A DNA stretch of 64,000 bases from NCBI RefSeq assembly GCF_009834535.1, contig NC_045696.1, positions 59,336,001 to 59,400,000 on the forward strand, read 5' to 3'. Both the position numbers and the translations under genes were made by a program. Positions within the stretch are counted from its first letter, which is position 1. Each line of letters opens with the position of its first letter. The DNA comes from Camelus ferus (lineage: Eukaryota). Shown here in pieces: positions 51,511-64,000 of this stretch. The notes beneath the pieces are model-generated. The model saw nothing but the letters and a program-made list of their open reading frames with translations, searched no databases and was not told where the DNA came from.

Positions 51511-52594
51511 TATTTCCATTCTCTCATGAGGGGTCAATGCTGTGATTTGGATGGGAGAGATGGAGCAATCATGGAGAGTCCATGCTTGGAGACTGGGAAC
51601 CACTCCATTTCACTAAACATGTGGGCTCTCCGGGGTGTTTAAATGATAGAGTAGGCATAAGGGTGTGTGGGGTTACTGAGTCAGAGAGTCCCTTCCACAG
51701 GATAAGGGCTCATAGGTATGAAGGAGTCTATTTCTCTTCAATCTGGAGCCAGTGGTTGATGTTTTAGCAGCTGGAGCTTCTGCCCAGCTGTAGGCTCTAG
51801 TTGGGCAGGGGCTGATACTTGTGGACACTCTACAACTACCTGTGCAGTGGGATCCTGGGGATAGAGGGTCAGTATGGGTACTTTTTGGGGGGAGGAGAGG
51901 AGGATCGCCATGGCTCCCTGATGCCTCATGTTCAGTGAAAAGCTGCTCCAGTCAGTGGTATTGACTGGTCTTTGTTGGAGGTTTAATTCTCTTAGTTCAG
52001 TTTCCCATTTTACTGTGGAATGCCAGTGTATATTTGTGTGAGAGAGATGGGGGAGGAATTCTGACCAACAGTGGACTGACTTTCTTGTCAATAGGGGAGC
52101 AGGTAGGGGAGGAGTTGGGGGTGAGTCTCTCTGGATGCTCAGTTGGCCTGGATGTGTGTGTGGGGGTGCTTTGCTGGAGTGGGACTAAGGAAATTAGGAT
52201 TAGAGTTTTTTCTACTTAAGGAACTAGATACAGAGGTGAGAACAGTCCTAATGTCGGACCAGTGTTCTGAGCACAAGAGGTGAATGCCTATCGTTGGGTA
52301 TGAAGTGTAAGACGAGAGGAGGCTGGCTTGGATAAAATGCAACCAAAAAGCATTTCAGAGTTCCCTTCTCAGAAAACACTGTGACAAGCCTTGGTTAGCT
52401 GCCTAATTGCTATATAGATGTACTTGGGATGTGCAGTAAAAAACAAAAACGAACTATGACACAGAGACCTAGTCCATTACTCTTACCAGCCACATCAAGC
52501 TTCAGGATGTGCCTTTATCCCAGCCTCCATCCTGGCATCTCACAAACTGTTCTCTGTGATGGAAGATGTTGAACTCTCTGGAAGGAACTGTCCG

Positions 52595-52805
52595 TTTAGT
52601 AAACATCCATTGTTTGCCAGGGACAATACTGGGCACTTTGTTATGTCATTTTACTTTTCATAACATCCCCCTGATCTATGCATGTAAAATCCCAATTTTA
52701 CAGATTAAGAAACTGAGACTCAAAAGTGTAAAGTGGCCTGTCCAGGGCCACACAGCTGGTGAAGAAGTCTTAATGCTTGGATTAGATTTCCAGATCTGAC
52801 TTCAG
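52595..52805 (-). mobile_element. MIR SINE
   Basis: 'cccaattttacagattaagaaactgagactca...gtggcctgtccagggccacacagctggt'. Confidence 0.85.
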
Positions 52806-53600
52806 CACCAGATCATGGAGAACCCCTAGATGTCAGGTTAAGAAGTTCGGAGTTCTTTAGAAGGCACTAGGGAGTTGTTGACTATAACCAACAGCTTGAT
52901 ATGTGAGAGAAGACATTTTCTTCCTGAGTACACACAGAGAAGTTGTACATTAGTAAAAGCAGTCTCTAAACCACTCCCATTTTATGAGCCCTTGTGAAAC
53001 CCTTGGGCTCAGGTGTTTGTTATGTGGTCACAACTGTATTTGCTGTCTGGCTCCAGACTTGGGGTTTCCTGGAGCCTACAGAGTCTCAGGCCACGAGCCA
53101 CATCGGCTGCTTTCCTGAAATACACTTTACAGTCTTCCTCAGTTCCCACATTCTTTATGCCCTCAAAGTGATGGATTTGTGGAGTATTCCTCTGTAAGGT
53201 GATTTGGGAAATTGGACCCCATACCACTTTATTCCGTGTTGCCCATTTGTTCACACTTCTGCCCACCATGGACACATGCTGTGGTGCCAGCTGTGCATCT
53301 CACATCTCCCTTTGTGTTGCTGCTGTTTTGGGGCTCAGGTTATGACACCTGTAATACTGTGAGTTCATTGAGGGAAGAGTCCTCACCTCACACACTTATT
53401 AATACCCTGTACCCTATCCTACAAGTGCCACACTTGTAGGATACACTGTGTAAATATATACTGAATGAAAGTGGTTTTGGGAAAAACCTTCTGAAAGAAT
53501 TCCTATGTAGAGGTGGCTTAGAACTGAAGGATTGCTTGCTGGATAGGTGAGTACTGCCGAGAAGAGGTGAGGGAAGTGTTCCCAGAGGCAAAGGGATGGA

Positions 53601-54131
53601 GTATCAGTTACTAATGCTGTGTAACAAAATACCCAAACCTTAGTGGCTTAAAACAACTGTTGATTTGCTTACAGTTTTATGGGTCAGCCATTTGGGTTGG
53701 GATCAGCAGGGCAATTCTTCTGCTGGTCTCACCTGGGATCACTGATGTAGCTCTAGCTATTTGACAGCTTGCCTGGGGCTGAGTGGTCTAAGATGGCTTC
53801 ACTCACAGGTCTGGCAGTTGGTGCTGCCTGTCAGCTGGGTGTCTCTCTCTGTTCATCTTGTGGCATCTCATTCACCAGAATAAAGGACTGTTTTCTTACA
53901 TGATGGCAGGAGTGTTCTGAGAAGATGAGAGTGGAAGCTGTAAGACCTCTTGAAGTGACACAGTGTCTCTTCTGCTATGTTCTGGTTAAACCAGGTCTTG
54001 ACTAGCCTAGATCTGGGGAGTATGGAGGTAGAGCCACCTCTTAAGGGACAGAGAGACAGTCACGTTGCAAAGGAGCATGCACACATGGATGGGAGAACTT
54101 GATGTGACCAGCTTTGTAAACAATGTACCAT
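53601..54131 (-). mobile_element. MLT1 (MaLR) LTR, MLT1G/H-like
   Basis: 'gctgtgtaacaaaatacccaaaccttagtggcttaaaacaac', 'tctaagatggcttcactcac..gtctggc', 'gagtggaagctgtaagacctcttga'. Confidence 0.88.
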
Positions 54132-54379
54132 AGAAGGACCTTTGTTTTTCTGACCCTCCTTGAAGTTTGAACTACATGTTCCCTGAGGAATTCCTGCATG
54201 TGGCAGAAATTAGAATTTGGATTCTCAGGCAGATGGTTTAATAGCTGCAAGCAGTTGCCATCAGGGCCCCTGAATAAAATCATCTTTGTGGGGGTTCTGG
54301 GAAAGGTCCTAAGCATCCTCCCTGCAAACTTTGCACTACCTGATATGTTTTTGGACACTTAGTAAGGAGGACAGCTTGC

Positions 54380-54540
54380 TGGGGTAAGCAAAGCATGGGT
54401 TTGGGAATTGGACAGACCTCAGTTCAGCCAGCTCAGCTTTAGCACTTGCTGGCTGTGTGACTTTGAGTAGATTACTTGACTTCTCTGAATCTTATTTTCC
54501 TTATCCCTCATATGACTGTATCCATTTTGTGTGATTAATG
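54380..54540 (+). mobile_element. MIR SINE
   Basis: 'cacttgctggctgtgtgactttgagtagattacttgacttctctgaatct'. Confidence 0.7.
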
Positions 54541-54914
54541 TAAAATGTCATTCATTCAACAGTGGGTGATGATGTTCCAGGAATCATTAGACTCCATTCC
54601 AAGGGCAGAATGAGCTCAGGTTTCTCATTTAGAGCTCCTCAAGCTGGTCCCATCCCCACCCCGACATCCCTTCACCTTACCTGGACATACTGGGCAAAAG
54701 GTCAGGAGTTTCCACAGGTTGTCCTGTTCTTTCCGTCATAATTGCTGTGAGCAGAGAAGGTCAGAATGGGTCCACCTAGCTAATCCTGGTCCCCTGCAGA
54801 AAGGCCAGAGGAGGAAGTTTAAGAAAAACAGCCAGAAAGTCTGCTCTAGACAACAAGACATTCTGCTTGAGTACTGAATGGAACAGCCAGAAATAATGCA
54901 CAGAGAATCAGTTC

Positions 54915-55145
54915 AGGTCACTGCCTAGGACAACAGAGTGGGATTTGGATGCAGAAGACCTGAACTCTGGGCCTTCTAGAGCAGAGGTTTGGGGTAAGCC
55001 TCTTAGCCTAGCTTTCCTTATCTGTAGAATCAGGAGATCAGATTTTGTTTTGCAAGTTTGTTGAGAATAGGAGAAGAAAAAGTTTGCCAAGAGCCTAGCA
55101 AGAGTTCCTAGAACATGGTAGGTACACAGTAAGTGATAGCATTGT
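54915..55145 (+). mobile_element. MIR SINE (degenerate)
   Basis: 'agaagacctgaa..', 'ctttccttatctgtagaat', 'gttcctagaacatggtaggtacacagtaagtgatagc'. Confidence 0.6.
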
Positions 55146-58100
55146 GATATTCTTGACTCTCAACACTGTGCATTGGTGTTCTCTGCGTGCTGGGGCTGTG
55201 CCATCCACAGGAAGTGATGATTCCACACTTTGAATGACCTACCTCCTGGGATATGCTAGCAGCATTTCAAAAAAGTTGTATGTCACGTGAATTTTTAGAA
55301 GTTGAATTCTATTTCTTTATTGATGGATCTGATCACTGATTTCAGTTAGATGGAGTTTATTGGAAAGCAGATATCACAGGAATGAGTAGAGCTGCCACAA
55401 TCAACTTCCACCCCCATTGTCATTCAAGCCAGGAAATTGGGTTTCATGAGGTTAAGGAGATAACTCGCCCAAGGTCACACAACAAGTGATAGAGCTGGGG
55501 AATCAGGCTGTCTGATCCAGATGGAAAAAAATAAAGGAAAAATGCATAGCAAGTAGACCATAAGGAAATGTAATTTAAAAAATAATGTTAATAAATGGCG
55601 GTGGGGAGAGGGTTGAGACTTTGGGTCATTTTATTTCCTATGTCTACCTTCTTTTTCAAGTTTCCTATGTACTAGCCTTTATAATGGCCAAAATAAATTT
55701 GATAAATAAAAGGAGTAAATTGGGAAAGAGAAAGACTGAGAGGGTGGAGCCCAAATGGTGGCCCATGTTTGATTATGGACGTGGGTGTCCCAGACTGGAT
55801 GGAAGGGCATGTGGGAGATGAAAGGAAAACACAGTTAGGAGTGGACGCGAGCCCCTCTGTTAGGCTCTGAGGATGGGACTACCTTGAGTAAGCGGTGCTT
55901 TGGTTGATTTGAAGATTGTTGGGGGATGAGGGGAATGTAGGATCAACAAACCATTGAACTGAAGCTTCCTCTACCTTCTTTGTCTTTGCTGTGGCCTCCT
56001 GGCCCAGTGATAACTAGGGTAAGGTGGAGTAGGAGGGAAAGGGCCAAGGTTTCCTGTTGGTTTGGAGTGGCCACGTTTCAGGGCCAATGGGAGAGACCAG
56101 GGCAGGGCCTCAGAAGTCCCCAGCCGGGCAGAGATGAAGGTTCTGCAGGAACTTTGGAGAAACTACATAAAGCTCATTATTGATACTGTGAATGCCCACC
56201 ATTCATCAGTGCCAAGGAGTCCCTGCCATTCCAGCAGACTTTCTGCATGGAAGTCTGGAGGTAGGACCTTCACAGCATTTGTCCCTTTTAGGGACAAGGC
56301 TTCCTTGCTTATCAGTTGCTGCCATTCCTGCCTCAGGTTTGTGTTGTCTCTCCTGAGCCCCTCAACCAGTAACTCCTCTGTCAGGCTCTTTCTTGGAGCC
56401 AGCTAGGCTCCTCCTCCACCCCCAGGATGTCAGGCCACTGGGCAAAGTGCCCAGAAGTCCAAAATCACAGGTGTCTCCCTTGGGAAGGTCACGAGCACAG
56501 GGTTCCCTTGGGGCCCCCTTACATGTGCTCTGTGCTGGGTCTCTGCCAGCTCCCCTCTCCCTGCAGAGCAGACCTGACCTGAGCAGGCCCCAGGCAGCAA
56601 AGTATATCTAGAGGGGGGCTTTCTCGCAAGAGAGAGGGAGGGGCAGCCTGCAGGTATGCTGGAGGTCTCCAGAGATGTGCTCTGGGGACAGAGTCTCGAG
56701 TGTGAATGCAGGACGTTGTTGAAGTCTGGTCCAGAGTTCAGGCTCTTGGCTTTTGCTCTCTGATCACATGAAGGACGGGTGGGGTGAACCACACCAGGAC
56801 CCCCGTCTCACCTGATGACGTGGAGCTTTCTGGTGCCCTCTAGAGAATGGAGGCCTGTGCATTCCTTAGGCATTCTCCACCCCAGTCATCTTTACTATCT
56901 TCTGCCTCAGATCAAAGGGAGATAGACCTTACCTTAAATCTATTTCTAAGTGACAGTAACTCTCTAGAGGTTGGATGCACCTGTTTGAGGAATTTATCAG
57001 CATCTAGCTGTCAGCTTGTCTGCTTAGCCCTTACCAGGGGCCCTGAAAGAGAGCTACGAGCCCTGCTGTTCTTATTGCAGGGTAGGTATGGAGTGGCAGA
57101 TCGTGGGACTTTCCACCAGGGTCCAGGGAAGGGTAGGAAGGCTCTGTGGTCCAGAACCAGAGGTGGGCATTGGCCCAGGAGGGTCCTGTGTGTGTGTGGC
57201 CTTGGCTGCAGGTGGAAGAGTTTGTGGTAAGGGTCTCACCCACAAGGCCTGGAGCCTGGAGAGTCTTGGCTTCCCTTGTCAGTCAGGGCTCTTCTTCCTT
57301 TATTGATTTAAGCTCTTAAAATCTTAGCAGGGAAGGTGTTGGGATGATGGCTCAGGTCCTGTGAACTGGTCACTATCTTGAGAAAACAGTGGAAGGATTT
57401 AACCCACAAAGGGGCTTTCTTTTCTGCCTGGTGAATCTGTGTGGGGACCTTGCATTGTCCTCCCAAGAGAAGAGGGCAGCTGGCAGGACCGATGCCCATG
57501 ACCATTGGCCAGGCTGACTTCTGTTGCCATGAAAGTTGAGGGTGAGACAGGCTTCAGCTCTGTGCCTCCATGTGCCTTGTGCTGGTTACTGCGAGGCACG
57601 TGGAAGTTGTCTGCCCTCAAGATGCTTACAGGATATTTGGGATGTAAGACACGCAAACCTGGAGGCACTGAGCGCCCAGCACAGTCTGCACCCTGCTGAG
57701 TATCCAGGCCTGTTCTCTAGACCACCGTGGATGTGGCCACCTTGCTTATGTCTTTTAGATTTCAGGCTCTCTTCTTTAACTCTCTGCTCTGTATACACTC
57801 TTTGTGAATATCCTGTCAGTGTGTCAAAAGTTAAACTGAGCCCCTCTTCCCGAGATCCAGTGTCCCTCTTTCTCAAGACTTAAAACCTTGAATTTCTTCA
57901 TGATTTTCTCTCTCCCATGGCTGCCTCATCTTAGTCTGCAGATCCAGTAGCTGTTATAACCTCTGGCCTGCAACCTTTCCTTTCCACTCATCCTCACCTT
58001 TTTACCTCATGCCTAGGTGCTTCACAAGCCTCCTGACTAGCCTTTCTGGTCCTGTTTTCTCCTTTCGAGGTTGCCTAGACCAATCTTCCTAAAATAGCAA

Positions 58101-60289
58101 ATATCTTCAGTTGCTCTGAAGCAACTGACTTAACCCAGTGACTTAACCCAGGATCGTATCAAGATCATCTGGGGGAAGATCGTCGGATGATTGGGTAACC
58201 AGGGAACCCATCCTGAGGGAGGCCCTTGATAGTAGCAGTGAAGTGATTGTTTTTGTTATGCAGCCATCTCTATATAAATTACCCACACTGTGATACATTT
58301 ATGGTGACTTGTAAAGTCTGGGGCTGGCTTCTCTCTGCCACTCAGCTGTGGCTGTGGCGCCTTTCCTCATTATCTGACTAGTGTATGCTCAGGATTTTGA
58401 CTCTTGGGGTATTAGCTGGAGCCAAATACCCCTAAGAGGGTAAAGCAGCTGCTGGTGCCCAGAGTCAGGGCACTGCTCAGCCAAATGTGGTGGATCTGAA
58501 CAGTGCAGGGGGACAAGCACGAGATGCCAGGGGTCCTGGGTGACCCAAGTTCAACCATCAGCTATATCACCTTGTCTTTAAGTTACTCCTGCAGTCTGGC
58601 CGCAGTTTCTTCTGATGTAAAACAAAGTCGAGTTCTGGATACCGCTGCTGTCCTGTCTTGTCAAGGGGATTTGGAAGGTGATTGCATTTTCTAACTTTAT
58701 GTCAGTTTTCTCCTTGCCTCAAGCCAAAAAGGCATACTTGCGCCTTGGCTGAAAGGAATTATAGAGTGCTGGCATTAGGCAGGACCTGGAGATCATCTGA
58801 TTCAAATTCCTACCTGATAGGCATGCATAATATTCAGAAAGCAGAGGAGACAGCAGATTGATTTCCTGTCAGACTCCCGGGGCAGAGAGGCCCATTGGGT
58901 CCCAAGGGCTCAGAGCACTTAGTAAAGATCACCTGACCTTCCTGAGAAGAGGCGGAGGCAGAGTCTGCTGTTAGAGGTGGACAGAATGCCCGGGTGGGCA
59001 CCCTTGCAGGGGGCAGATGCACTACTTGGCTTCCTTTGTTCTCTCCCTCTGCCTTTCCACGGGACATGGGAGTCTGGGGGCCCTGCTCTGTACACATGGA
59101 GACCTTCCCTTGGGAAAGGCCAGCTGCCTCCTGTGCACTCAGGACGAGGACACTGCTTGGCGAGCATGGACTCGGGCAAAGCCCCCTGTTGCCTCCTGAA
59201 GCATTTTAGCCACAATGAAAATCCAGGCAACCTTGACCACAACCTGTGGTCTAGTAAAAATGTCAGGAATGACAGTTGGTTGGGAACAATGTTAGTGGGG
59301 GAGGGTCACAAGGAGTCAGTGAGAAGGTGCTTTGCAGTGCCGATGAGGAGCGGGTATGAAGTAAGTGGGAGGTAAATGTATTTTATGTATGTTTCTTCTT
59401 ATCCTCTAGTTTCCCCTCAGTTTCCTAAGCCCTGTGTGTTGGAGAGCAGTCCCAATCTAATCAGGGTATCTGTGTCACAGGAGGACTTTTCCATAGCCAC
59501 TTGGTCCAAGCCAGTTTGGACCACTGACATCTGCACCCGCTGGGGGGCTCTTTCCGAAGGCAGATCCTGGTCTCCACCTGGATGTGCAGGTCCCAGCAGT
59601 GGCGTCCAAGTGTTTACTTGAGATAAAAGCTGAGCTCAGTTTTTATATCCTTCTTGTCGGGTTCACAACCTATCTCTTTATTAAAAGTGTGATGTTTAAA
59701 CAACACTAAGCAAGCAAGTAAAAGGGAGATAATTCTTTCAGAGCAAACATTTTAAAGAAACGAATGCCCAGGGTACATAGCTGTGTCCTCCTCATTAAGC
59801 CATCACTTCCTCTCCCTCAGTTTTCCCCCAGCTATAATTGTATATACACATTTTGATCAGGATGATGCTGGGTTTCTGCCTGGGGTCACTGACGTTCAGC
59901 CTTTCTTGGTTGCCTAGCTGTGGCTCTTCTCAGCTGCTGCCCTTGCTGTGGCCCTGCTCCACTAGGGCTGCTGTTTCTTACCTGCCCAGGGAGGCCACAG
60001 TGGCTTTGGGAAGGAGGGCCCTGGCTTCCCTCTTCCAGTATTCTTGAGCAGGTTGAGGCCCAGCCCTCCAGCTCCTACCTTAAAGGCCACACAGCCTTCC
60101 GTGATTTGGGAAACATCAACTCTCTGGTTCCCAGACTTTCTCTGCAGTTTACTCTTGTGCTTTAGCATTCCCATGCCCCAGCTTTCATCAGGAAAAGTGG
60201 GACAATCCATCCCTACCTTTTTATTCACCTAGAAAAGGAAGGAAGTGGGGCACAGGGAAGTGACCAGAAGGTCCTTGCTGGCTGTTCAC

Positions 60290-60482
60290 CAAGACCCAAG
60301 TTGGAATCTTGGCCCCACTACTTAGGAGCTGTGTGACCTTCAGCAGGTCATAGAAACTCTCTAAGGACCAGCCTCCTCATCTGAAAATGGCAGGAGGAGA
60401 TGCCCTACCTCAAAGGACTGATGTGAGGATTGAGTGCAGCAGCAGGAGAAAGCTCCAGCACGTTAGTTACTCAGTAAGTGCC
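60290..60482 (+). mobile_element. MIR SINE
   Basis: 'ctacttaggagctgtgtgaccttcagcaggtca...cctcatctgaaaatgg...tgtgaggattgagtg'. Confidence 0.8.
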
Positions 60483-60855
60483 ACGGACCTTCCACTCCCT
60501 CCCCTGGTTCTCTTCCCCACGTGGCTCACTTCACTCCCTGGTCTCCTTGCTCTCAGCTCTGCTCCTCCCCCTCGACTGTATTTACACATTCCTCCGTCTC
60601 TCATCTCACTTCCTGCAATCAACAACACCGTTCACACTCTACATACATGTATCAATGACCCCAACTTACAAGTGGGCTATGTCTAAAAATTCATTCATAG
60701 GTCAGGTGTAAGGACCAATCTTGTGCTTTTATTAAAACAGCAGCAACAACAAAAGACATTTATGCGTAATGGTTAAACATTCCCAGGTTAAACCCAAAAT
60801 AACTCACCACATATCATGCATTTGCAATGGAAAAAAAAAAAGCAGAGGATAACAT

Positions 60856-60941
60856 TGTTTTATAATGGAGGTACTGGGGGTTGAACCCAGGACCTCACGC
60901 ATGCTAAACATGTGCTCTACCACTAAGCTATATCCTCCCCC
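60856..60941 (-). mobile_element. tRNA-Ala(AGC)-derived SINE (vic-1 type)
   Basis: Reverse complement GGGGGAGGATATAGCTTAGTGGTAGAGCACATGTTTAGCATGCGTGAGGTCCTGGGTTCAACCCCCAGTACCTCCA; same family as 2202-2341. Confidence 0.9.
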
Positions 60942-61771
60942 TATGGCTTTAATAGTAAGCATAGCAAAAACCTCAGCAAACGGGGAGTCCTATATTTTTT
61001 TTTTTTCCTGGGAAGCTGCTTATGATCAAAAGCAGGTTAAGTTAAATTAGACGAAGAAGAGGTGGGCGGATGAAGCTTTTGTAGAGGCTCTGACATTGAT
61101 TTTGGGGTGCTTTCATGGGCTTTAGAGTTGCTGGCTTTGGTTATTAGCTCTAATTTCTTTCAAACTGCATGTTTCTGCCTTTTTCCTGATACAGGTGTAA
61201 ATCCCTGGCACTGATCTTGCTCTCATCGGCTGTGATTAGGATGATTTTTGGCTCAAAATGGAACAGAACAGGGAGGAAAAAGTAGAAGGCAGGGAGAAAG
61301 AAATCTTTCCCTGAGGTAGTTTGGAAAGAATTGGAAATAAAGAAGGGAGACAGTCCAGGATTTTACATACGTGCTGTGAAAATACAGTTTAGAGTGGAAA
61401 GTGATTCCTCCGACAGATATAGGAGAACAGCATCTTTTCTTTAATGTGGAAGAAAGGACCCTGTAGAGAAGAGAAACCAAGTCAGGAGGGAACATTCAGG
61501 AACAGGGTACAGTGACCTCGTGGCAGATCAGGGATGAGAATCTTGTTACCAACCTAAGTTTGGATGTTTCTGCACTGGCTGTTAGGAGCCCAGGAGTGCC
61601 TGTCTAGTGACTGTATCCTTTTGCAATAGGAAAAAATCAATCTGATGGAAATTATTTACAAGATAAAATTATCCTACAGGAATTAAACACAAATGTGGTT
61701 ATTAGAAGATATTTATTGGTCAGAATTCAAAACAATAGGGTGGCAAATGTTGGGGGCTAGAGAGAGGGTGG

Positions 61772-61913
61772 TGTATTAGTTATCTATTTCTGGATAGTGG
61801 CTTAAAACAACACACAATTATCATCTTACAGTTTCTGTGGTCAGGAGTCCAGACATGACTCACTGGGTCCTCTGCCTCACAGTCTCTCATGAGGCTGTGA
61901 TCGAGGTGTCATC
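61772..61913 (-). mobile_element. Partial MLT1 LTR
   Basis: 'tgtattagttatct...tagtggcttaaaacaacacaca..ttatcatcttacagtttctgtggtcaggagtcc'. Confidence 0.8.
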
Positions 61914-61914
61914 A

Positions 61915-62612
61915 AGGTACCCATTAAACACTAACTCCCCATTCTCTCCTCCCCTAGTTCCTGGAAACCACCGTTCCACTTTCTTTCACTCTGAGTTTGA
62001 CTGCTCTAGATATCGTATATAAGTAAAATCATACACTGTTTTTTATCCTTTTGTGACTGGCTTATTTTGCTTAGCATAATGTCCTCAAGATGCATCCGTG
62101 TTGTAGCATGTGTCAGAATTTCTTTTCTTTTTAGGGCAAAATAATATTCTAGCATGTATGTGCCACATTTTGTTTAGTTATTCATCTGTCGACGGACAGG
62201 GGTTGCTTCCATGTTTTAGCTATTGTGAATAAAGCTGCTATGAGCCTGCGTGTACCAATAGCTCTTTGAGACCTTGCTTTCAGTTCTTTTGGGTACATAC
62301 CAAGGAGTGAAATTGCTGGACCATATGGTAATTCTATTTTTAATTTTTTGAGGAGCTGCCATACTGTTTACCACGGCAGCTACATCATTTTACATTCTCA
62401 CCACCAGTGCACAAGGGTTTCAGTTTCTCCACAACCTTGCCAGCATGTTATTTTCTGTTTTTGTGGGATTTTTTTCCCTATTGTAGTCATCCTAATGAGT
62501 ATGAGGTATTGATTTGTGTTTTGATTAGTGCTATAGTTTTGATTAGTGTTTCCCTAATGATACAGTGATATTGAGCATCTTTTCATGTCTTATTGGCCAT
62601 TCGTATATCTTC
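61915..62612 (-). mobile_element. L1MB-like 3' fragment
   Basis: 'acccattaaacactaactccccatt', 'ttgtgactggcttattt..cttagcataatgtcctcaag', 'ccaccagtgcacaagggtt', 'tgatattgagcatcttttcatg'. Confidence 0.9.
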
Positions 62613-64000
62613 TAAAAGTCTTCTTCATGTGTGATTACCTTTTATGGTAGGCTCTGGAGGGAGAGGACACGTCTCATCCATCACTGAATTGCACAGTGCC
62701 CCGCCAGAGCCTATTGCAAGTAGGTGCCCAGTTATTTACTGAATGAAATGCTGAGATCTCTAACTGCCTGCAGCTTCTGTCTTCATTAGGCAGGCGCTGA
62801 GGCTAAAAAACTTGTTTTTTTTCCCTAGGTATAAAAACCCTCTCACTGTCCCTTTAGAGAATCTCTCTCTCCCTCCAGACCACATTTCAACCATTTTAAT
62901 GACTCATTCCTTTGACATAGATGTTTCTCTGGCCCTGCCTTATCCATGCTCCAGGCCTGAGAGTGCCAGATTCCTCCTCAGCGGGAGTTGTGAAAGAGGT
63001 GTCTGTGGTGAGAGTGTGGGAATAGTTGTTCTTCTGGGAGGGGGCTTGGCAGAAGAGGGGAAGGATGCCGGCAGAAACGGCTAGTGATTTGTTATATCGG
63101 TGGTTAGGATGTCTTCCTAAGAGGCACAGCAGCTGGAACATGCAGGACCATGTGCATTGTGCTGTCTTTAAGGACAAATTCATGTGGAACGGAGGCTCTG
63201 TATTACTCTCATCTCTCCTACCCTTAAGGAAATAAATATCTTATGTTTAGAGGTACCCAAGTAATCCTCCTATTAAGCGATACCCTCAAGAACATAGTGA
63301 CAGGGAGACAGGCCTTCCACATCAGACCTGCTGAATTTAGTATCTAAATAGAGGCTTCTGTGGCACCCTGGTCACCCATCCATGCGTGGGATGTGGGCGA
63401 GAGGAGAGGCAGGGATCTTCAGTAGCTGTTCAGGCTCCACTTTATTAGCAAATGTTCCCAGTCCTCTGGTATGAAAGGGTATCTTCTTCCAGCTTCTGTT
63501 GCCCTGAAGATTTGGGTGCTGAGGGACGGGGGCAGAGGGAGGCAAGCATGGAAACCTGGCCATGAATGGAAGAGTAACAGGCCAGGAGAAACCCGGGGGT
63601 TTCTGAAGATATCTTTAGCGAGGCACATAGGGATTGATGGATAGATGATCTATAAATGGATCAATTGGAGCTCCGAGGTAGAGTGAAAAAAAAAAAGGGA
63701 GTGGGCCAATTAACTCTTCATTGTGGGGGTAGATTTCTGTTGTAAGTGAGTTATTAGAGAATTACAAGTGGGAGGAATTCTTAAGATTTATATTTGAAGG
63801 GAGAAGAACCAAATGAGTTTGTTGAAGGGCAGTTGGGATGTTGGAGCAGAGGAATACTGGCGAAAACCCCGCAGTAGACACAGTTTCACCTGATTCCTGT
63901 TCCCAGTAGGGTAAGTAGCCTGGGGGTTTTAAACCCTGACTGCAAATGAAATTTTCCTAGGAAAGCATTAAAAAACAACAACAACAAAACCCATGTCCCC

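Overview
This is mammalian non-coding genomic DNA, most likely camelid. That assignment is an inference from tRNA-Ala(AGC)-derived SINEs of the vic-1 type and the young L1 subfamily present. I could not recognise any host protein-coding exon, RNA gene, CRISPR array or prokaryote-type system. The only ORFs with recognisable products are LINE-1 ORF2 C-terminal remnants; the rest of the ORF track looks like chance. The window is a mosaic of interspersed repeats: two young 5'-truncated L1s with target-site duplications (one nested in an older L1), old L1M fragments, MaLR (MLT1) solo LTRs, hAT-Charlie MITEs, MIR, L2 and a (TACA)12 microsatellite. Between them lies unique sequence with several candidate regulatory motifs. 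Most L1 pieces are on the minus strand, which suggests an intron of a plus-strand gene that I cannot name. The most unusual structure is a ~214-bp fold-back element at 14212-14425 built from modular GACATTTGGTCC subunits. Other items worth checking are a stop-loss L1 ORF2 read-through ORF, candidate non-coding exons, and motif clusters (CTCF, RFX, HNF1/STAT/C-EBP, NR5A). Repeat subfamily names are from memory of consensus sequences, and boundaries without TSDs are approximate. I found no convincing evidence of a new biological system.
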